From: a phage
Length of the DNA stretch: 64,000 nucleotides
Direction: 5' to 3' (one strand)
Assembly (NCBI GenBank): GCA_036252695.1
Contig: GCA_036252695.1_4122.1
Shown in pieces: positions 34,597 through 47,472 of this stretch (the stretch's first letter is position 1; each line of letters starts with the position of its first letter). A program made the position numbers and the translations under genes. The notes beneath the pieces were generated by a model, which ran no database searches, had not been told where the DNA came from, and was given only the letters and a program-made list of their open reading frames with translations.

Positions 34597-37260
34597 ATGG
34601 CAGGAGATCTACTCTCACCTGGCGTTTCCATTTCAGTAACTGATGAAAGTATGAGTACCGCTGCTGCTCCTGGCACTGTACCACTATTTGTAATCGCTAC
34701 TGCTGAAGACAAACTTGTCCCAGGAAGCAGTGCAATTGCTGCGGGAACTACTAAAGCAAACGCTGGAAAACTACAGCTTCTAACATCACAAAAAAGCTCA
34801 CTTGATACCTATGGTACACCAATTTTTCAAATGAATAACGGTTCTGTTGTTCAAGGTGATGAACTAAACGAATATGGCCTACATGCAGTATATTCTTATC
34901 TAGGCATTACTAACCGTGCATATGTAATTCGTGCTGATATCGATCTAGCACAACTAGCACCAAGTGCTGAAGCACCAACTGGCCCAGTATCCAATGGTAC
35001 TTTGTGGTTTGATACCGCACAATCACAAGTAGAAGCGTATGTAGCGAAGAAAGATAGTCCAAGCAGTTTTTATGATTGGCAACTTAAGCCAGTAACTATT
35101 GTAAGTGCTGAAGAAGTTGAAGATGTAAGTCTAGTAGGTTTAAATGTTGATGATTTAGTTCTACGTTACAAACCAAGCAATGGTCAGATGCTAATGTATA
35201 AACGTTCTGCTTCTGGGCTAGTGCAAATGGAAACTTATCTATCACCAATTAACAAAGTTCCAGTTGGCTCAACTGTAGAAAAAGGTAACATTTGGATTCG
35301 TGATGGTTACACCCAAAATGGTTCAAACTATTTTGGTACTCGTTTTGTTATTAAACGTTATGCATCCCTAACTCAAGTTTGGAATATTGTACCAGCATAT
35401 ACTGGTAATTCATTCCAAGAAATTGAAGCGAAAAGTGGTGTACTAAACAATAGTTATATCGCATCTCGTTTTGATGAAGATAGTAAGAGTTTCTCTTTCT
35501 ATATTCAAAGTGCAAAACTAACAACAATTAGTGCTCCTGCTTTGCCACTTGGTGAAACTATTATTGAACAAGCAGGTGCTGATAGTTATATGACTTTTGT
35601 TTATTTGAATAAATCAGTTAAAGTACTAGCAGTTCCACAAGGCGGTGTTATTAATACCCAAACTATCATCAATAATCTAAATGCAAATGCTGAAATTATT
35701 AACGATGGTTTTAAATTTAAACGTGAAACTAATGGTGGTTTAGTTGTTTCCAATACAAAAGGTTACAGTTTCAAAATCACACAAAGTGGTGATGATATTT
35801 TTGCTGAATCTGAACTACAAAAACTAACAGTAGATAGTAACAACTACTCTCTAATTAACGTGAATAACTTCCGTGTTAGTTATTCAGTACCACGTAGTGT
35901 AGCAAAAGAAGGAACTCTCTGGTATGATTTCGGGAACTCCGATAATCTAACTGTAACTATGTATGTTGCTGATGTTGCTAATGATGAATGGGATCTAGTA
36001 CAAGAAGAAAACAAATATGTACAAGTTGATGAACCAGCGGCTGACCGTTTAATTTGGGTTTGTCCTTTGTCTCAAGGCATTGATGGTTATGATTTCTATC
36101 GTAACGTTGATGGTGAATGGGTTAAACTTGACAGTACTGATCAAAGTACACTAAATGGTATGATTTTCCAAGACTTTAATTTCCCAAGCCAAGTTCCTGC
36201 TGCGGCATTGTATCAAAATGGTATGCTTGCAGTTGACCTAGGTAACACTGAAGGTGTTGTTAAGAAAATGGTTAATGGTCAATGGGAAGTTGTTAGTGGT
36301 GTAAGTCTTGATGGTGCTGGCCTATTTGGTCGTGCTGCACAACGTCAACTAGTAGTTGAAGCACTAGCTGCTGTTATTATTGGTAATGATGACATTCGTT
36401 CTGAATTTATTGATTTTAACCTAATTTGTGTACCTGGTTACGTTGAAACACTTGATGAATGTGTAACTTTAAACACTGATCGTAAAGAAACTGCATTTAT
36501 TGTTACTGACGTTCCAGCACGTTTGAATCCAACCGGAAACGGTAGTGCTGTACAACAATGGGCTACTAATGCTAACAATGCACCAAGCAACGGTTCAGTT
36601 GGTCGTACAACTGCTTATGATTATGCTGCTCAGTATATGGGTTGGTGTCTAAGTACTAACGTTGATGGTGAAGAAGTTGCAGTTCCTGGTAGTACTATTG
36701 CAATGCGTACATATGCATACAGTGATAGTGTTAGTTATGTATGGTATCCACCTGCTGGTACAACTCGTGGTGTTGTAACAAACGCTGCAAGTACTGGTTT
36801 TATCAACAGCGAAGGTGAATATCAACCAGTAGTATACAACCAAGGTCAACGTGACGTTATGTATACTAACAACATTAACCCAATTGCAATGCGTCCTAAC
36901 CGTGGATTGCTTGTTTATGGAGATAAAACTCTATCTGCTAATCAAACTTCTGCACTAAGTCGTGTTAACGTTGCTCGTTTAGTTGTTTATATTCGTCGTC
37001 AACTAGAAATTATTTCCGAACCATTCCTATTCCGTTTGAATACTCCAAGTACTCGTCAGGAATTTAGTGGTGTAGTTAATAGCTTCTTGGCTGAAATTGT
37101 TCAACAACAGGGTCTTTATAACTTCGCAGTGGTTTGTGATGAAAGTAACAACACCGCAGAGCGTATTGACCGTAATGAACTTTGGATGGATATTGCAATT
37201 CAACCAACTAAGAGTATTAACTTCATTTACGTACCAATCCGTATCGAGAAAACTCAATAA
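34597..37260 (+). CDS. contractile tail sheath protein (T4 gp18 homologue)
   Basis: N-terminal LLSPGV matches gp18 LLSPGI; C-terminus VCDESNNTAERIDRNEL...IQPTKSINFIYVP matches gp18 VCDTTNNTPSVIDRNEF...IQPARSINYITLN; 887 aa, GGAGGA RBS. Confidence 0.9.
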   Translation: MAGDLLSPGVSISVTDESMSTAAAPGTVPLFVIATAEDKLVPGSSAIAAGTTKANAGKLQLLTSQKSSLDTYGTPIFQMNNGSVVQGDELNEYGLHAVYSYLGITNRAYVIRADIDLAQLAPSAEAPTGPVSNGTLWFDTAQSQVEAYVAKKDSPSSFYDWQLKPVTIVSAEEVEDVSLVGLNVDDLVLRYKPSNGQMLMYKRSASGLVQMETYLSPINKVPVGSTVEKGNIWIRDGYTQNGSNYFGTRFVIKRYASLTQVWNIVPAYTGNSFQEIEAKSGVLNNSYIASRFDEDSKSFSFYIQSAKLTTISAPALPLGETIIEQAGADSYMTFVYLNKSVKVLAVPQGGVINTQTIINNLNANAEIINDGFKFKRETNGGLVVSNTKGYSFKITQSGDDIFAESELQKLTVDSNNYSLINVNNFRVSYSVPRSVAKEGTLWYDFGNSDNLTVTMYVADVANDEWDLVQEENKYVQVDEPAADRLIWVCPLSQGIDGYDFYRNVDGEWVKLDSTDQSTLNGMIFQDFNFPSQVPAAALYQNGMLAVDLGNTEGVVKKMVNGQWEVVSGVSLDGAGLFGRAAQRQLVVEALAAVIIGNDDIRSEFIDFNLICVPGYVETLDECVTLNTDRKETAFIVTDVPARLNPTGNGSAVQQWATNANNAPSNGSVGRTTAYDYAAQYMGWCLSTNVDGEEVAVPGSTIAMRTYAYSDSVSYVWYPPAGTTRGVVTNAASTGFINSEGEYQPVVYNQGQRDVMYTNNINPIAMRPNRGLLVYGDKTLSANQTSALSRVNVARLVVYIRRQLEIISEPFLFRLNTPSTRQEFSGVVNSFLAEIVQQQGLYNFAVVCDESNNTAERIDRNELWMDIAIQPTKSINFIYVPIRIEKTQ

Positions 37261-37267
37261 AACACTA

Positions 37268-37292
37268 AGGGAACCAAAAGGTTCCCTTTTTT
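37268..37292 (+). terminator. rho-independent terminator
   Basis: AGGGAACC / GGTTCCCT hairpin plus T6. Confidence 0.55.
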
Positions 37293-37656
37293 ATTGATTA
37301 AAATTAAATACCTTTATATTGATGTTATAAAGGAACATTATGGATATGGAAGAAATACTAAAAAAAAACAATACAAGATGTCAGTAAAATAGTTTTAACT
37401 CAGTTGGAATCAGTACACATACTAAATATATTTTTAAAAAATTTGGAAGATTGTCGGTATAATTGAAAAATACGAAGTATACACAAATGGAAAATGGTCT
37501 ATATCAGTAAACTATATTGACCACACTAAACGAAAAAGATACTTATATTGTGTTAATATTAATTGGTTCCCTGTTGATGACACTTTAGTTAATTAAAAAT
37601 ATACTTCCAGATAGATAAATAATATAAAGATGTCATTCCATAATAGGAGAATATAA

Positions 37657-38343
37657 ATGGCTACAATGCTTGATCGATATGGCGTACCGCTCGCTGGCGG
37701 TGGTCGTATCTCTATGAAACAACCAAAAGCAAAATACAAATTTCGTGTTATTTTCTTTGGTTTTGGTACTAATGATGATGGTAATATGATTACACTAGAC
37801 ACCAATACAGTTGGGGCAGTATCTGTATCACATGAAAATGTCACTGTTCATAGTTACAACAGTTCTGCACACTATAAAGGTAAGTACACTTGGGATACAA
37901 TTGATGTTGCTTTCCGTGACTCAGTAGGTAATGCTTCTGCTAAAGCACTATACAACCAAATGCGTAAAGAATTCAACTACTACAGTCAAGAATCTCGCAT
38001 GACTGATTCACAATTTAAATTCGAAATGTGGATTCAAGAACTTGATGGTTCTAATAGTGAAAATACAACAAACTTGTTTGAAGGAACATTGAGTACTTGG
38101 GTATGTCAAGGTTGCTTTATTGAATCCAGTAACTTTGGTGATTGGGATTATTCCTCAAGTGAAGCACAAGTTATTTCAATGACTGTTCAACCAGATGGTT
38201 GTGCTAAATTGGGTCCAAATGGCGAAGCGTTCGGTGATGAAGTTAGTGGCTTCGGTAATCCATCAACTGCTACCTCTATTTCTGGTGCACAAACTAATAT
38301 TAGTAGTACTACTCTACCAGATAGTAACTTCTACGAAAATTAA
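37657..38343 (+). CDS. putative tail tube protein (paralogue 1)
   Basis: Immediately downstream of sheath gene; N-terminus YGVPL.GG.R.SM.QPKAKYKFRVI shared with 38439..39215; AGGAGA RBS. Confidence 0.5.
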   Translation: MATMLDRYGVPLAGGGRISMKQPKAKYKFRVIFFGFGTNDDGNMITLDTNTVGAVSVSHENVTVHSYNSSAHYKGKYTWDTIDVAFRDSVGNASAKALYNQMRKEFNYYSQESRMTDSQFKFEMWIQELDGSNSENTTNLFEGTLSTWVCQGCFIESSNFGDWDYSSSEAQVISMTVQPDGCAKLGPNGEAFGDEVSGFGNPSTATSISGAQTNISSTTLPDSNFYEN

Positions 38344-38364
38344 TTTTATTTAAACTTAATATAT

Positions 38365-38393
38365 AGCCTCGAATCTATTCGGGGCTTTTTTTA
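38365..38393 (+). terminator. rho-independent terminator
   Basis: AGCCTCG / CGGGGCT hairpin followed by T7. Confidence 0.4.
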
Positions 38394-38438
38394 TGCTAAA
38401 TAAAGTATAATGCCTTATAAAATAAAAAAGAGGTTGCT

Positions 38439-39215
38439 ATGGCAAATAACATGATTAATAAATATGGCGTTCCTTTACCATCGGGGCGTAATCGTTCAAT
38501 GCTACAACCGAAAGCAAAATACAAGTTTCGTGTTATTGTGTATAATTTCGGTACTGATATAGATGAACGTGATCACATCGCATTAGATGTTGATAAAATT
38601 GATAGACCTACTGTAACATTTAGTACTCATAAACTATATCAATTTACTACTAATACTTCCTATATAGGTAGTCATGATTGGGAACCAATTACAATATCTA
38701 TCCGTGATTCAGTTGGTAATGCATCAGCAAAAGCATTATCACGCCAATTACAAAAACAACTTGACTTTCAACGCAGAATAACTTCAAGAAGTGACCAAGA
38801 TTATGGTTCTTATAAATTTGGTTTGGTTATACAGATGTTGAGTGGACGTAACTCAGATGATACACTAGGAAATCTAGGAAGAGATACTCTAGTAGATGCT
38901 GCAACTGCTGCAACAAATAATTCTGGCTTAGTAAATGCAGTAGATCAATTTATTGGTGGTTCTTCATATAACAGTGCTGGTGTTATGGAATACTTTGTTT
39001 TAACCGGATGTGTTATTCAAAACATATCATACGATTCATTAGATTATAGCTCAAGTTCTCCAGTTGAAATGGTAGTGACTATCAAACCAGATAATTGTAT
39101 ACAATTTGATAATATTGAAGAAATGTATAGTACCAGAATTAATTCACTTTTACCTGAAAATGTCAATCAAGGTTTAGATATCATTGATCGTGTTTTTGGT
39201 AGTGTAGGATTTTAA
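38439..39215 (+). CDS. putative tail tube protein (paralogue 2)
   Basis: Paralogue of 37657..38343 (KYGVPLPSGRNRSMLQPKAKYKFRVIVYNFG). Confidence 0.5.
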   Translation: MANNMINKYGVPLPSGRNRSMLQPKAKYKFRVIVYNFGTDIDERDHIALDVDKIDRPTVTFSTHKLYQFTTNTSYIGSHDWEPITISIRDSVGNASAKALSRQLQKQLDFQRRITSRSDQDYGSYKFGLVIQMLSGRNSDDTLGNLGRDTLVDAATAATNNSGLVNAVDQFIGGSSYNSAGVMEYFVLTGCVIQNISYDSLDYSSSSPVEMVVTIKPDNCIQFDNIEEMYSTRINSLLPENVNQGLDIIDRVFGSVGF

Positions 39216-39226
39216 GGAGATAATGA

Positions 39227-41334
<2,108 letters not shown>

Positions 41335-41361
41335 CTTAAACGACCTTATGGAGTTATTAAA

Positions 41362-41898
41362 ATGAATAGATTACAACAAATCCTAACTGAAAAGAAACCA
41401 GTTTATGAATACCGAGTTAAGTTTGCAGTTGAACCAACACCTGAACAACTTAGTAAAGTAACACAGCGACTAATGGATCGCTATGATGCGTTTGAAATTG
41501 GAGCACTAAAGAAAACAATTTTTATGGAAAAACCATTAGATTTCTATGAATTAGATTGTGGTGAAATTTGGATGTTTGACTTTAAATGTCATCGTGGCGT
41601 TCAATCAAATGTACTAATGTATGAAATTGGCAATTTACTAAGCATGACAGAAGCATTGATTCGTGTTCGTAGTAAAGATGAACCTCGTCAAATTGAAATG
41701 ACTGATTTGGAAGATGATATCGATTTTGATGATGTTGATGAACCAGTTATTGGAGTGGATTTTGGCAAACCAGAAGACAGTTATGACTTAGCTGGACAAC
41801 AACGTGCAGACACTGCCGTTGATGATGCAATTGAAGCATCGAAAAAAGACAATAAATACTCTCAATATATGAGTGCTGGTTTTGGTAAAAAGGATTAA
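41362..41898 (+). CDS. hypothetical acidic protein
   Basis: 178-aa ORF with GGAG RBS. Confidence 0.5.
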   Translation: MNRLQQILTEKKPVYEYRVKFAVEPTPEQLSKVTQRLMDRYDAFEIGALKKTIFMEKPLDFYELDCGEIWMFDFKCHRGVQSNVLMYEIGNLLSMTEALIRVRSKDEPRQIEMTDLEDDIDFDDVDEPVIGVDFGKPEDSYDLAGQQRADTAVDDAIEASKKDNKYSQYMSAGFGKKD

Positions 41899-41901
41899 CA
41901 C

Positions 41902-42444
41902 ATGAGTATACTTAATGAAATGTTAGATTATGAAGACAATGAGTTAAATGAAGCTCGTCCTTATAGTCGTTCACAAAGTGCAGTTGATAGTGCAAAAGGA
42001 AAAGTAAAAGGCTTTTTTGGTAGTGGACAGATTGAACAAGGTGCACAAGAAGTTGGTGCTGAAGCCAACCGCTTATGGGCAGAGTTTAAACGTTATGTTG
42101 GACGTAAATATGGTAAAGCTCAACCATCAGTACCTTACGCTGATGTGGCACAGTTTTTTAAAGGTAACAATCTTGATATTAAACATTTAGGGAACAATCC
42201 TCGTCGTTCTTTTACACCAAAAGATGTAGGTACTGCTCTATTAAATGCTGCTCGTGATATAATGAATGACTACCGTGACCAACAAGGCGGCGAAGAAAGT
42301 TCAGAATCACAACCATCACAATCGACCTCAACTGAGCAACCAGCACAACAAGAACAACCAAAAGCACAAGGTTCCAGTATCCCTGATGCTCTACAAAAAT
42401 TAAGTCCAGAGCAACGCGACCAACTGTTACGTATGCTTTCTTAA
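41902..42444 (+). CDS. hypothetical protein with Gln/Ser-rich low-complexity tail
   Basis: 180-aa ORF. Confidence 0.5.
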   Translation: MSILNEMLDYEDNELNEARPYSRSQSAVDSAKGKVKGFFGSGQIEQGAQEVGAEANRLWAEFKRYVGRKYGKAQPSVPYADVAQFFKGNNLDIKHLGNNPRRSFTPKDVGTALLNAARDIMNDYRDQQGGEESSESQPSQSTSTEQPAQQEQPKAQGSSIPDALQKLSPEQRDQLLRMLS

Positions 42445-42457
42445 GGAGAATCAACAC

Positions 42458-43975
42458 ATGGATAATTTTTTCAGTACTGAAACTACCACAGTTCCTAATG
42501 GATATGTATATACGTCACATACTGGTGCAAAATATGTATTTCTTGAAGGATTCTGGTTCAATGACAATAATATGTTAATGGTAGACCCTAGAAAATACCC
42601 ATCCATGTACGCAAGTGCTCGACAACAGATTGTCGAGCACAATCTAGCTTCAAATGAATATAAGATTGGTAACAAATATATTGTTGAAGGTAAAGAGTGT
42701 ACATTTATTGGTGAAAACCGTTTCAATTCAAAAGATGGAATTCTATTAACTGAAAGTGAATTCATCACTGAATTAATGGCAGATGATCATCGAGTATATA
42801 ATGTTTCTAAAGAAACACTACAAAAAGAATGGAATGCATTAAAATTTTACATTCTTCCACCATATGCTGATGATATATCAATTCCAGCAGGTATGGAAGT
42901 AAGTGGTTTTAAATTTGTGCCAAAGAATCACCGTTTTGTTGATATGAAATCAGGACGAGCAGTTGATCCAGCAATGACCCGTAAACTATCAGATGAAGGT
43001 ATGCGTATTGCTCGTCAGTTAGCTTCTAAAAATAAACTAATTCCAATCAAATCAACCTTAGTTCAAGGCAATACACGTTGTGAGTGGAATGGTAAAGAAT
43101 TTTGTGATAATGATGGTAATGTAGTGATTCCAGAACAAAATGCACATGCAATTATTAATGCATATCAGCAATTTGTTAAGAATAACCCAAGTGATTTTCC
43201 TACATTAACGGGTGAACAAGAACATAGTGAGCAACGTTTTGGTTCAGGTGAAAAGCCACATAAAGCTTCACACCCTGCTAAACAGCCAGTATTTGCAACT
43301 AAAGAATCAATTAATGAAGCAGATGAAGAAATTGAAGAATTTGAAAGCATTACTGTTCCTGACGGTTATAGAATGACTTCTTCTAAAGGAAAAACATACG
43401 CTAAGAAAAATAACTTGTGGTATGATATCGAAAGTAAAAAGCAACTTAACACAAGTGCTTCTAAAAGTGTTGAACGAGCAGCACAGCGTGATATTTTCCG
43501 TCATAACAATTCCGGTGCTATGAAAATCGGTACAAAAGTTAAATCCAAACAAGGCAAAGAATATTCGTATGTTGGTGGTGACAGATTCATTAGTGCTGAT
43601 GGTAAGTTTATACCAAAAGCAACTGCTGCTAAATTACTTGCCAAATATGAACAAGATAAAGAAGTTAAAAGTGATGAAACACCTGAAGTAGACTCTGGTA
43701 CTGAGCAAATTCAATCAAAAGAAGAACCTAAGAAAGAACCAGAATCTGAACAAAAACCAGACGAAGTTTCTGAACCAGAAACTAAATCTGAAACAATTGC
43801 TGGTGATGATGTACAATCATTAGCTTCTAAAATTAAAGAGTCACCTTATGCTAAAAAAATCACAGTACTACTAACTCGTGGTGATGAGGTTTCTCTACTT
43901 GCTGCTGACATTTTACTTTCAGGTAAAAAGGATGAAACAGTGCAAATTTTAAAATCATTAAATAATAATGATTGA
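42458..43975 (+). CDS. hypothetical protein with internal sequence repeat
   Basis: 505 aa; N-terminal segment VPNGYVYTSHTGAKY..NN.W repeats near residue 300 (VPDGYRMTSSKGKTY..NNLW); Lys/Glu-rich C-terminus. Confidence 0.55.
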   Translation: MDNFFSTETTTVPNGYVYTSHTGAKYVFLEGFWFNDNNMLMVDPRKYPSMYASARQQIVEHNLASNEYKIGNKYIVEGKECTFIGENRFNSKDGILLTESEFITELMADDHRVYNVSKETLQKEWNALKFYILPPYADDISIPAGMEVSGFKFVPKNHRFVDMKSGRAVDPAMTRKLSDEGMRIARQLASKNKLIPIKSTLVQGNTRCEWNGKEFCDNDGNVVIPEQNAHAIINAYQQFVKNNPSDFPTLTGEQEHSEQRFGSGEKPHKASHPAKQPVFATKESINEADEEIEEFESITVPDGYRMTSSKGKTYAKKNNLWYDIESKKQLNTSASKSVERAAQRDIFRHNNSGAMKIGTKVKSKQGKEYSYVGGDRFISADGKFIPKATAAKLLAKYEQDKEVKSDETPEVDSGTEQIQSKEEPKKEPESEQKPDEVSEPETKSETIAGDDVQSLASKIKESPYAKKITVLLTRGDEVSLLAADILLSGKKDETVQILKSLNNND

Positions 43976-43997
43976 TAACTAAAAGGATTTATTTAAA

Positions 43998-44978
43998 ATG
44001 GCTAAAAAAATTAATGAAGCACAAGTTAAAATCGATATCGCAGGTTTAGAATCTGATGATTTGGAAACTCTATCACGTATGTTAGCTCTTGCTGGTCAAG
44101 CTGAACGTCAAGACCCAGTAGTTGCCGCTCCAGTACCATCTATGGGGTCTATGACTCCATCTCTTCCACCTATTGCTCCACTAGATCTCGATTCTATTGG
44201 TGCTGAAGAAGAAATTGGTGGAATTGAAACTTCAGTTGAAGACCCACTAGCAGCGGCAGTTGATGATCTTTCCGCTGATGTTGGTGATTTTGGTGCTGAC
44301 ACAGATGAAGTTAGTATGGATGCTGAATTTTCAGAACCAGGTGTAGAAGGTGAAGAAGATTTTTCTCTTGACCTTAGTGGTCAACCTCAACTAGAATCAG
44401 TTGAAGAAGACGATGAGGAAGAAGAAGAAATTATTGAAGAAGAATTCGATTTTAGTCGTATGCTATCTCTTGCTGGTATTAACGAAGAAGAAGACGAAGA
44501 TTTTTCAGTAGAGGGTAATCCTGCTACCGATAAAGAAATGAAAGATACCCAATTTCTACCAGATCTAAGTATCTCTGAAGATGAAGAACCATCTAACAGT
44601 ACTGATTATGGTCCATATGATACAGAAGCTGATGCCGTTCGTGATGGTCAACTAAAGACTAATGGTGTTGAAGGTGACCATTTTGTTGTAATTGCAAAAG
44701 GCAATCAATTTTATTGGAGACGTGTTGTAGATGAAGATCTTGACAATCGTCCAGAACCTGAGTATTATGATAATGAAGGGAACGAAAATCGTGTTCATAA
44801 ATTTGAACCAAAATTCCCAGGCACTGCATTAGGAGATAACCCACTAAATGTTAATGAAAGTGAAGAAGATGATTCACCTGAAGGTAACATTGACTTGGAA
44901 GATGATTCTGATGAAGAAGTAGAAGATATTTTTGAAAGTCTCCAAGAAAAATACAAGAAATTTTTAGGAGACAAATAA
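43998..44978 (+). CDS. hypothetical highly acidic protein
   Basis: 326 aa with long Asp/Glu runs (EEDDEEEEEIIEEEFDF). Confidence 0.55.
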   Translation: MAKKINEAQVKIDIAGLESDDLETLSRMLALAGQAERQDPVVAAPVPSMGSMTPSLPPIAPLDLDSIGAEEEIGGIETSVEDPLAAAVDDLSADVGDFGADTDEVSMDAEFSEPGVEGEEDFSLDLSGQPQLESVEEDDEEEEEIIEEEFDFSRMLSLAGINEEEDEDFSVEGNPATDKEMKDTQFLPDLSISEDEEPSNSTDYGPYDTEADAVRDGQLKTNGVEGDHFVVIAKGNQFYWRRVVDEDLDNRPEPEYYDNEGNENRVHKFEPKFPGTALGDNPLNVNESEEDDSPEGNIDLEDDSDEEVEDIFESLQEKYKKFLGDK

Positions 44979-44979
44979 T

Positions 44980-45375
44980 ATGCAATATAATTATCGTGAA
45001 CTAGTTGAAGCGTTAGACGAAATTACCGGAAGAGATGAAGACGAAAGTTTTTCAGTTGAAGTTGAATCCGATGTTGTAGCAGTTGATGTTCTTAAGGATA
45101 TTACCAAATGTCTTATTGATATTGTTGATAAGATTAAATCTGGTGAAGACCAAAAAGAAATTGTAGATAAACTACAAAAAGCCTGTGACATTTTGTCTGA
45201 CATTCGATATAATGATGAAAGTACTGAAGTTGCTGATGAAGAAGTGTTGGAAGCCATTGCAGGTTGTTTTGGAACTGAAGGTATGGGACCAACAATTGAC
45301 AAAGAAGGCGTACAACACTATAATGAGCCTGGTGCACCATCATATGCTGCACGTCAAGGTTTTGTTGGAGACTAA
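44980..45375 (+). CDS. hypothetical acidic protein
   Basis: 131-aa ORF starting right after upstream stop. Confidence 0.5.
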   Translation: MQYNYRELVEALDEITGRDEDESFSVEVESDVVAVDVLKDITKCLIDIVDKIKSGEDQKEIVDKLQKACDILSDIRYNDESTEVADEEVLEAIAGCFGTEGMGPTIDKEGVQHYNEPGAPSYAARQGFVGD

Positions 45376-45378
45376 TAT

Positions 45379-45759
45379 ATGTTTCCAGAACCATCACATA
45401 ACAGTACTGAATATCAAAATAATGTACTTTCCAAAGTTAGGGAAGTACATGAATCAGATTCAGAAATAACAGACCGTATGCTTCTGATGTCAATTTTTGA
45501 AAATTTCAGAACTGGCGGTGGTTTACGTCTTAGCAAGTTTGGGTATGGAATTTGTAAAGAAAATAATCTTTATGAATTTACAAAAATCCCCTTGCAAAGA
45601 GAATTTAAAAGTTCTATAATGTTTACATCACTTGACAGAATATGTACTTCACCTTATTATGTTGAAGGTCAGTACATATATCTGACAGATGCAATGATAA
45701 TAACTGAATTAACATTGTGTTGTGATGATTTTAAACAGTTATTTTCTATTCATATGTAA
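45379..45759 (+). CDS. hypothetical protein
   Basis: 126-aa ORF. Confidence 0.45.
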   Translation: MFPEPSHNSTEYQNNVLSKVREVHESDSEITDRMLLMSIFENFRTGGGLRLSKFGYGICKENNLYEFTKIPLQREFKSSIMFTSLDRICTSPYYVEGQYIYLTDAMIITELTLCCDDFKQLFSIHM

Positions 45760-45782
45760 GAAAAATGAATTAAAAATAAATG

Positions 45783-45810
45783 TTGACAAGATAGAATGAT
45801 GTGATACAAT
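45783..45810 (+). promoter_or_regulatory. sigma70-type promoter P1 (TTGACA-N16-TGATACAAT)
   Basis: Consensus -35, 16-nt spacer, extended -10; first of two near-identical tandem promoter copies. Confidence 0.5.
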
Positions 45811-45875
45811 AAGCATCAGACATAAAGTTTTCAAGCGACACAAGATGTGAGTTTGAAAAAAAAGAAAAAAAGTGA

Positions 45876-45903
45876 TTGACAAGTTGAAACGATGTGATAT
45901 AAT
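45876..45903 (+). promoter_or_regulatory. sigma70-type promoter P2 (TTGACA-N16-TGATATAAT)
   Basis: Second tandem copy about 93 bp downstream of P1; consensus -35 and extended -10. Confidence 0.5.
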
Positions 45904-46072
45904 GTTCACATCAAGACAGCAAAGAGATTTACCTTTTAAACACACGGATGATTCATGAAGTAACAAAGGAACTGATAAGTTAAATTATTTTAACACAGTT
46001 CCTTTACTTTTGCCCACGGATTGGCTATAATAGAAACTTAAACGATTTTATCCAACAAAAGGAAATATATAC

Positions 46073-47398
46073 ATGACTACTCAAAACGATATCCTGAACG
46101 TTAAACTGACTCCAAAGAAAGCTAAAGAAGCAATGGCACTAGCTGACATGATTCAAGATAGCCTGATGATTTGGGGTAGCCCAGGTATCGGTAAGTCTGC
46201 AATCGCTCGTCAATACGCTGATGAAAATTACCCACTGCGTAAAGATAACGTAGCTAAAATCGAGTTCATGAAACAACAAATCGAAGCTGACCCTGAAAAT
46301 GCTGATCAGCTACGCCGTGAACTGGCTGCATTTGAAGCAAAACTAATCGACCAAGATACTAACTTTATCGATTTCCGTTTGTCTCAAATCGAACCAAGTG
46401 ACCTTCGCGGTATTCCAGTACCAGAGAAGCTTTTCCGTAAAACTGACGGTTCTCTTCTGAAAGAATCTGAGCTTGCCGAAGCAAAAGATTATGTAGCTGA
46501 AACTGCGGTAGTATGGGCTGCACCTAAAGTTCTGAAATTGTCCGAAGATTGGAAAGGTGTTATTCTGTTTGACGAAATTAACTCTGCAATGCCTATTGTT
46601 CAGGCAGCGTCTTATCAGCTAATCCTCGACCGTTGTGTTGGTGAGATGAAGCTACCTAAGACTGCACTGATTCTTGCAGCAGGTAACCGTGAAACTGATG
46701 GCGGTGTAACTTTCTCTCTTGCTACACCACTGCGTGACCGTATGACTCACATTGAGATGATTCCTTATCATCAAGATTGGATTAACGATTATGCGATTGC
46801 AAAACGTTTGAACCCAGCAACTGTTGCGTTCATCAACAACACTGGTTCTAAGTACTTTAACACACTTAGTCCACAAGATCCTTCTCACAGTGGTGGTACT
46901 TCTCCACGTTCATGGGAAGCAGTAGCACGCTACGAAGATCTCAAGAAAACTAAGACAATTGATAAAGAAGTGTTCCGTGCAATGATTGCTGGTCGTGTTG
47001 GTGAAGGTGTTGCAACTGAATACATTGAGTACGTTGAGAACGTTGCTAAATTACCAGATACTATGTCTATTCTGTCTGGTGAAATCAAAGAAATCGACGC
47101 AACGCTGGATATTTCTGCGAACTACTTTATCACTCTGAACTTGGTTTATAAAATTATCGACCTGTTCAATGAGAAGCAAGAACAACGTCTACCAGTGGAA
47201 GAATGGGGTAAACTGTGTAACAACTTCATCACCTTCCTAGACCATAACTTCTCTGCAACTCAAGCAGAACTGGCAGTACTGGCAATTCGTACCATCACGC
47301 TTCATAAGGTTGCGATTTCCATTAAAGATGTACCAGCGTTTAAAGATTTCATCGCTAAGTACTCTGATCTTGTACGTAAAGCACGCTCTCTTGGCTAA
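46073..47398 (+). CDS. AAA+ ATPase, MoxR-like
   Basis: Walker A GSPGIGKS, Walker B ILFDEIN, sensor AAGN; strong RBS; elevated G+C and CGT/CTG codon preference relative to neighbours. Confidence 0.8.
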   Translation: MTTQNDILNVKLTPKKAKEAMALADMIQDSLMIWGSPGIGKSAIARQYADENYPLRKDNVAKIEFMKQQIEADPENADQLRRELAAFEAKLIDQDTNFIDFRLSQIEPSDLRGIPVPEKLFRKTDGSLLKESELAEAKDYVAETAVVWAAPKVLKLSEDWKGVILFDEINSAMPIVQAASYQLILDRCVGEMKLPKTALILAAGNRETDGGVTFSLATPLRDRMTHIEMIPYHQDWINDYAIAKRLNPATVAFINNTGSKYFNTLSPQDPSHSGGTSPRSWEAVARYEDLKKTKTIDKEVFRAMIAGRVGEGVATEYIEYVENVAKLPDTMSILSGEIKEIDATLDISANYFITLNLVYKIIDLFNEKQEQRLPVEEWGKLCNNFITFLDHNFSATQAELAVLAIRTITLHKVAISIKDVPAFKDFIAKYSDLVRKARSLG

Positions 47399-47419
47399 TT
47401 AACAAAGAGTTGTTGACAA

Positions 47420-47449
47420 GAAGGATGCCTAATGGTATCCTTCTTTTAT
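47420..47449 (+). terminator. rho-independent terminator
   Basis: GAAGGAT / ATCCTTC hairpin followed by TTTTAT. Confidence 0.5.
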
Positions 47450-47472
47450 CTTAACTAAACGAGGAAATATAC

